In this document: one piece after another, positions 48,101 through 48,420 of the stretch
Layout: every line of letters starts with the position of its first letter
How positions within the stretch are numbered: position 1 is the stretch's first letter
Assembly (NCBI RefSeq): GCF_001194135.2
Contig: NC_068984.1
Span: 91,769,222-91,817,641 of the forward strand
Length of the DNA stretch: 48,420 bases
Source: Octopus bimaculoides
Lineage: Eukaryota
Direction of reading: 5' to 3'
The notes under the pieces: generated by a model
What the model was told of the DNA's origin: nothing
What the model saw: only the letters and a program-made list of their open reading frames with translations
Database searches by the model: none
Program-made: the position numbers and the translations under genes

Positions 48101-48420
48101 TATGTTTATATTGTTTCATAGCCCAATTTTATCGCTTTGTAAATCTTGCAATGTTTTGTTTAATGTGTCGTTCTCTGGGCGTGATTTGAAAGTATTTAGT
48201 AATTATTTTAAGCAGATCGAGCGAATACGTACAGGAATTCTCATTGGCGTGTATGTGTGCATGTCTATATATATGCGTGTGTGTATGTATGTGTGCAGTT
48301 AAAACGCTCGCTTCGCAACCATGGGGTTTCATGGACAAGTGTCTGCTACAATAATTCCAGGTCTTATCAATGTCTTGTGATTGAATTTAGCATGCAGGAA
48401 ATGTGTGGAAGTCATTCATA

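Overview
Repeat-dominated, AT-rich animal genomic DNA with eight N gaps and many microsatellites. The SINE families and simple-repeat content look like octopus (inferred from my recognition of the repeats, not verified). Only one host coding exon is well supported: a 564-nt phase-1/phase-1 von Willebrand factor A (VWA) exon on the minus strand (22149-22712) with an intact MIDAS motif. There is also a decayed paralogous VWA exon about 9 kb downstream (about 12971-13262) and a candidate signal-peptide first exon (47343-47387). Most of the rest is decayed mobile DNA: CR1-group, L1/Tx1, I-group and R4/Dong-type LINEs, Penelope-like elements (PLEs), Tc1, mariner, maT and hAT transposons, a non-autonomous Helitron and tRNA-derived SINEs. 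The most notable non-coding signal is a set of hammerhead-ribozyme (HHR) motifs. One is complete and canonical (38147-38200, minus), paired in inverted orientation with a copy carrying a G5A core change (38398-38451, plus), and several more are degenerate. Most ORFs in the supplied track are microsatellite, gap or antisense artefacts. All alignments and folds were done by eye.
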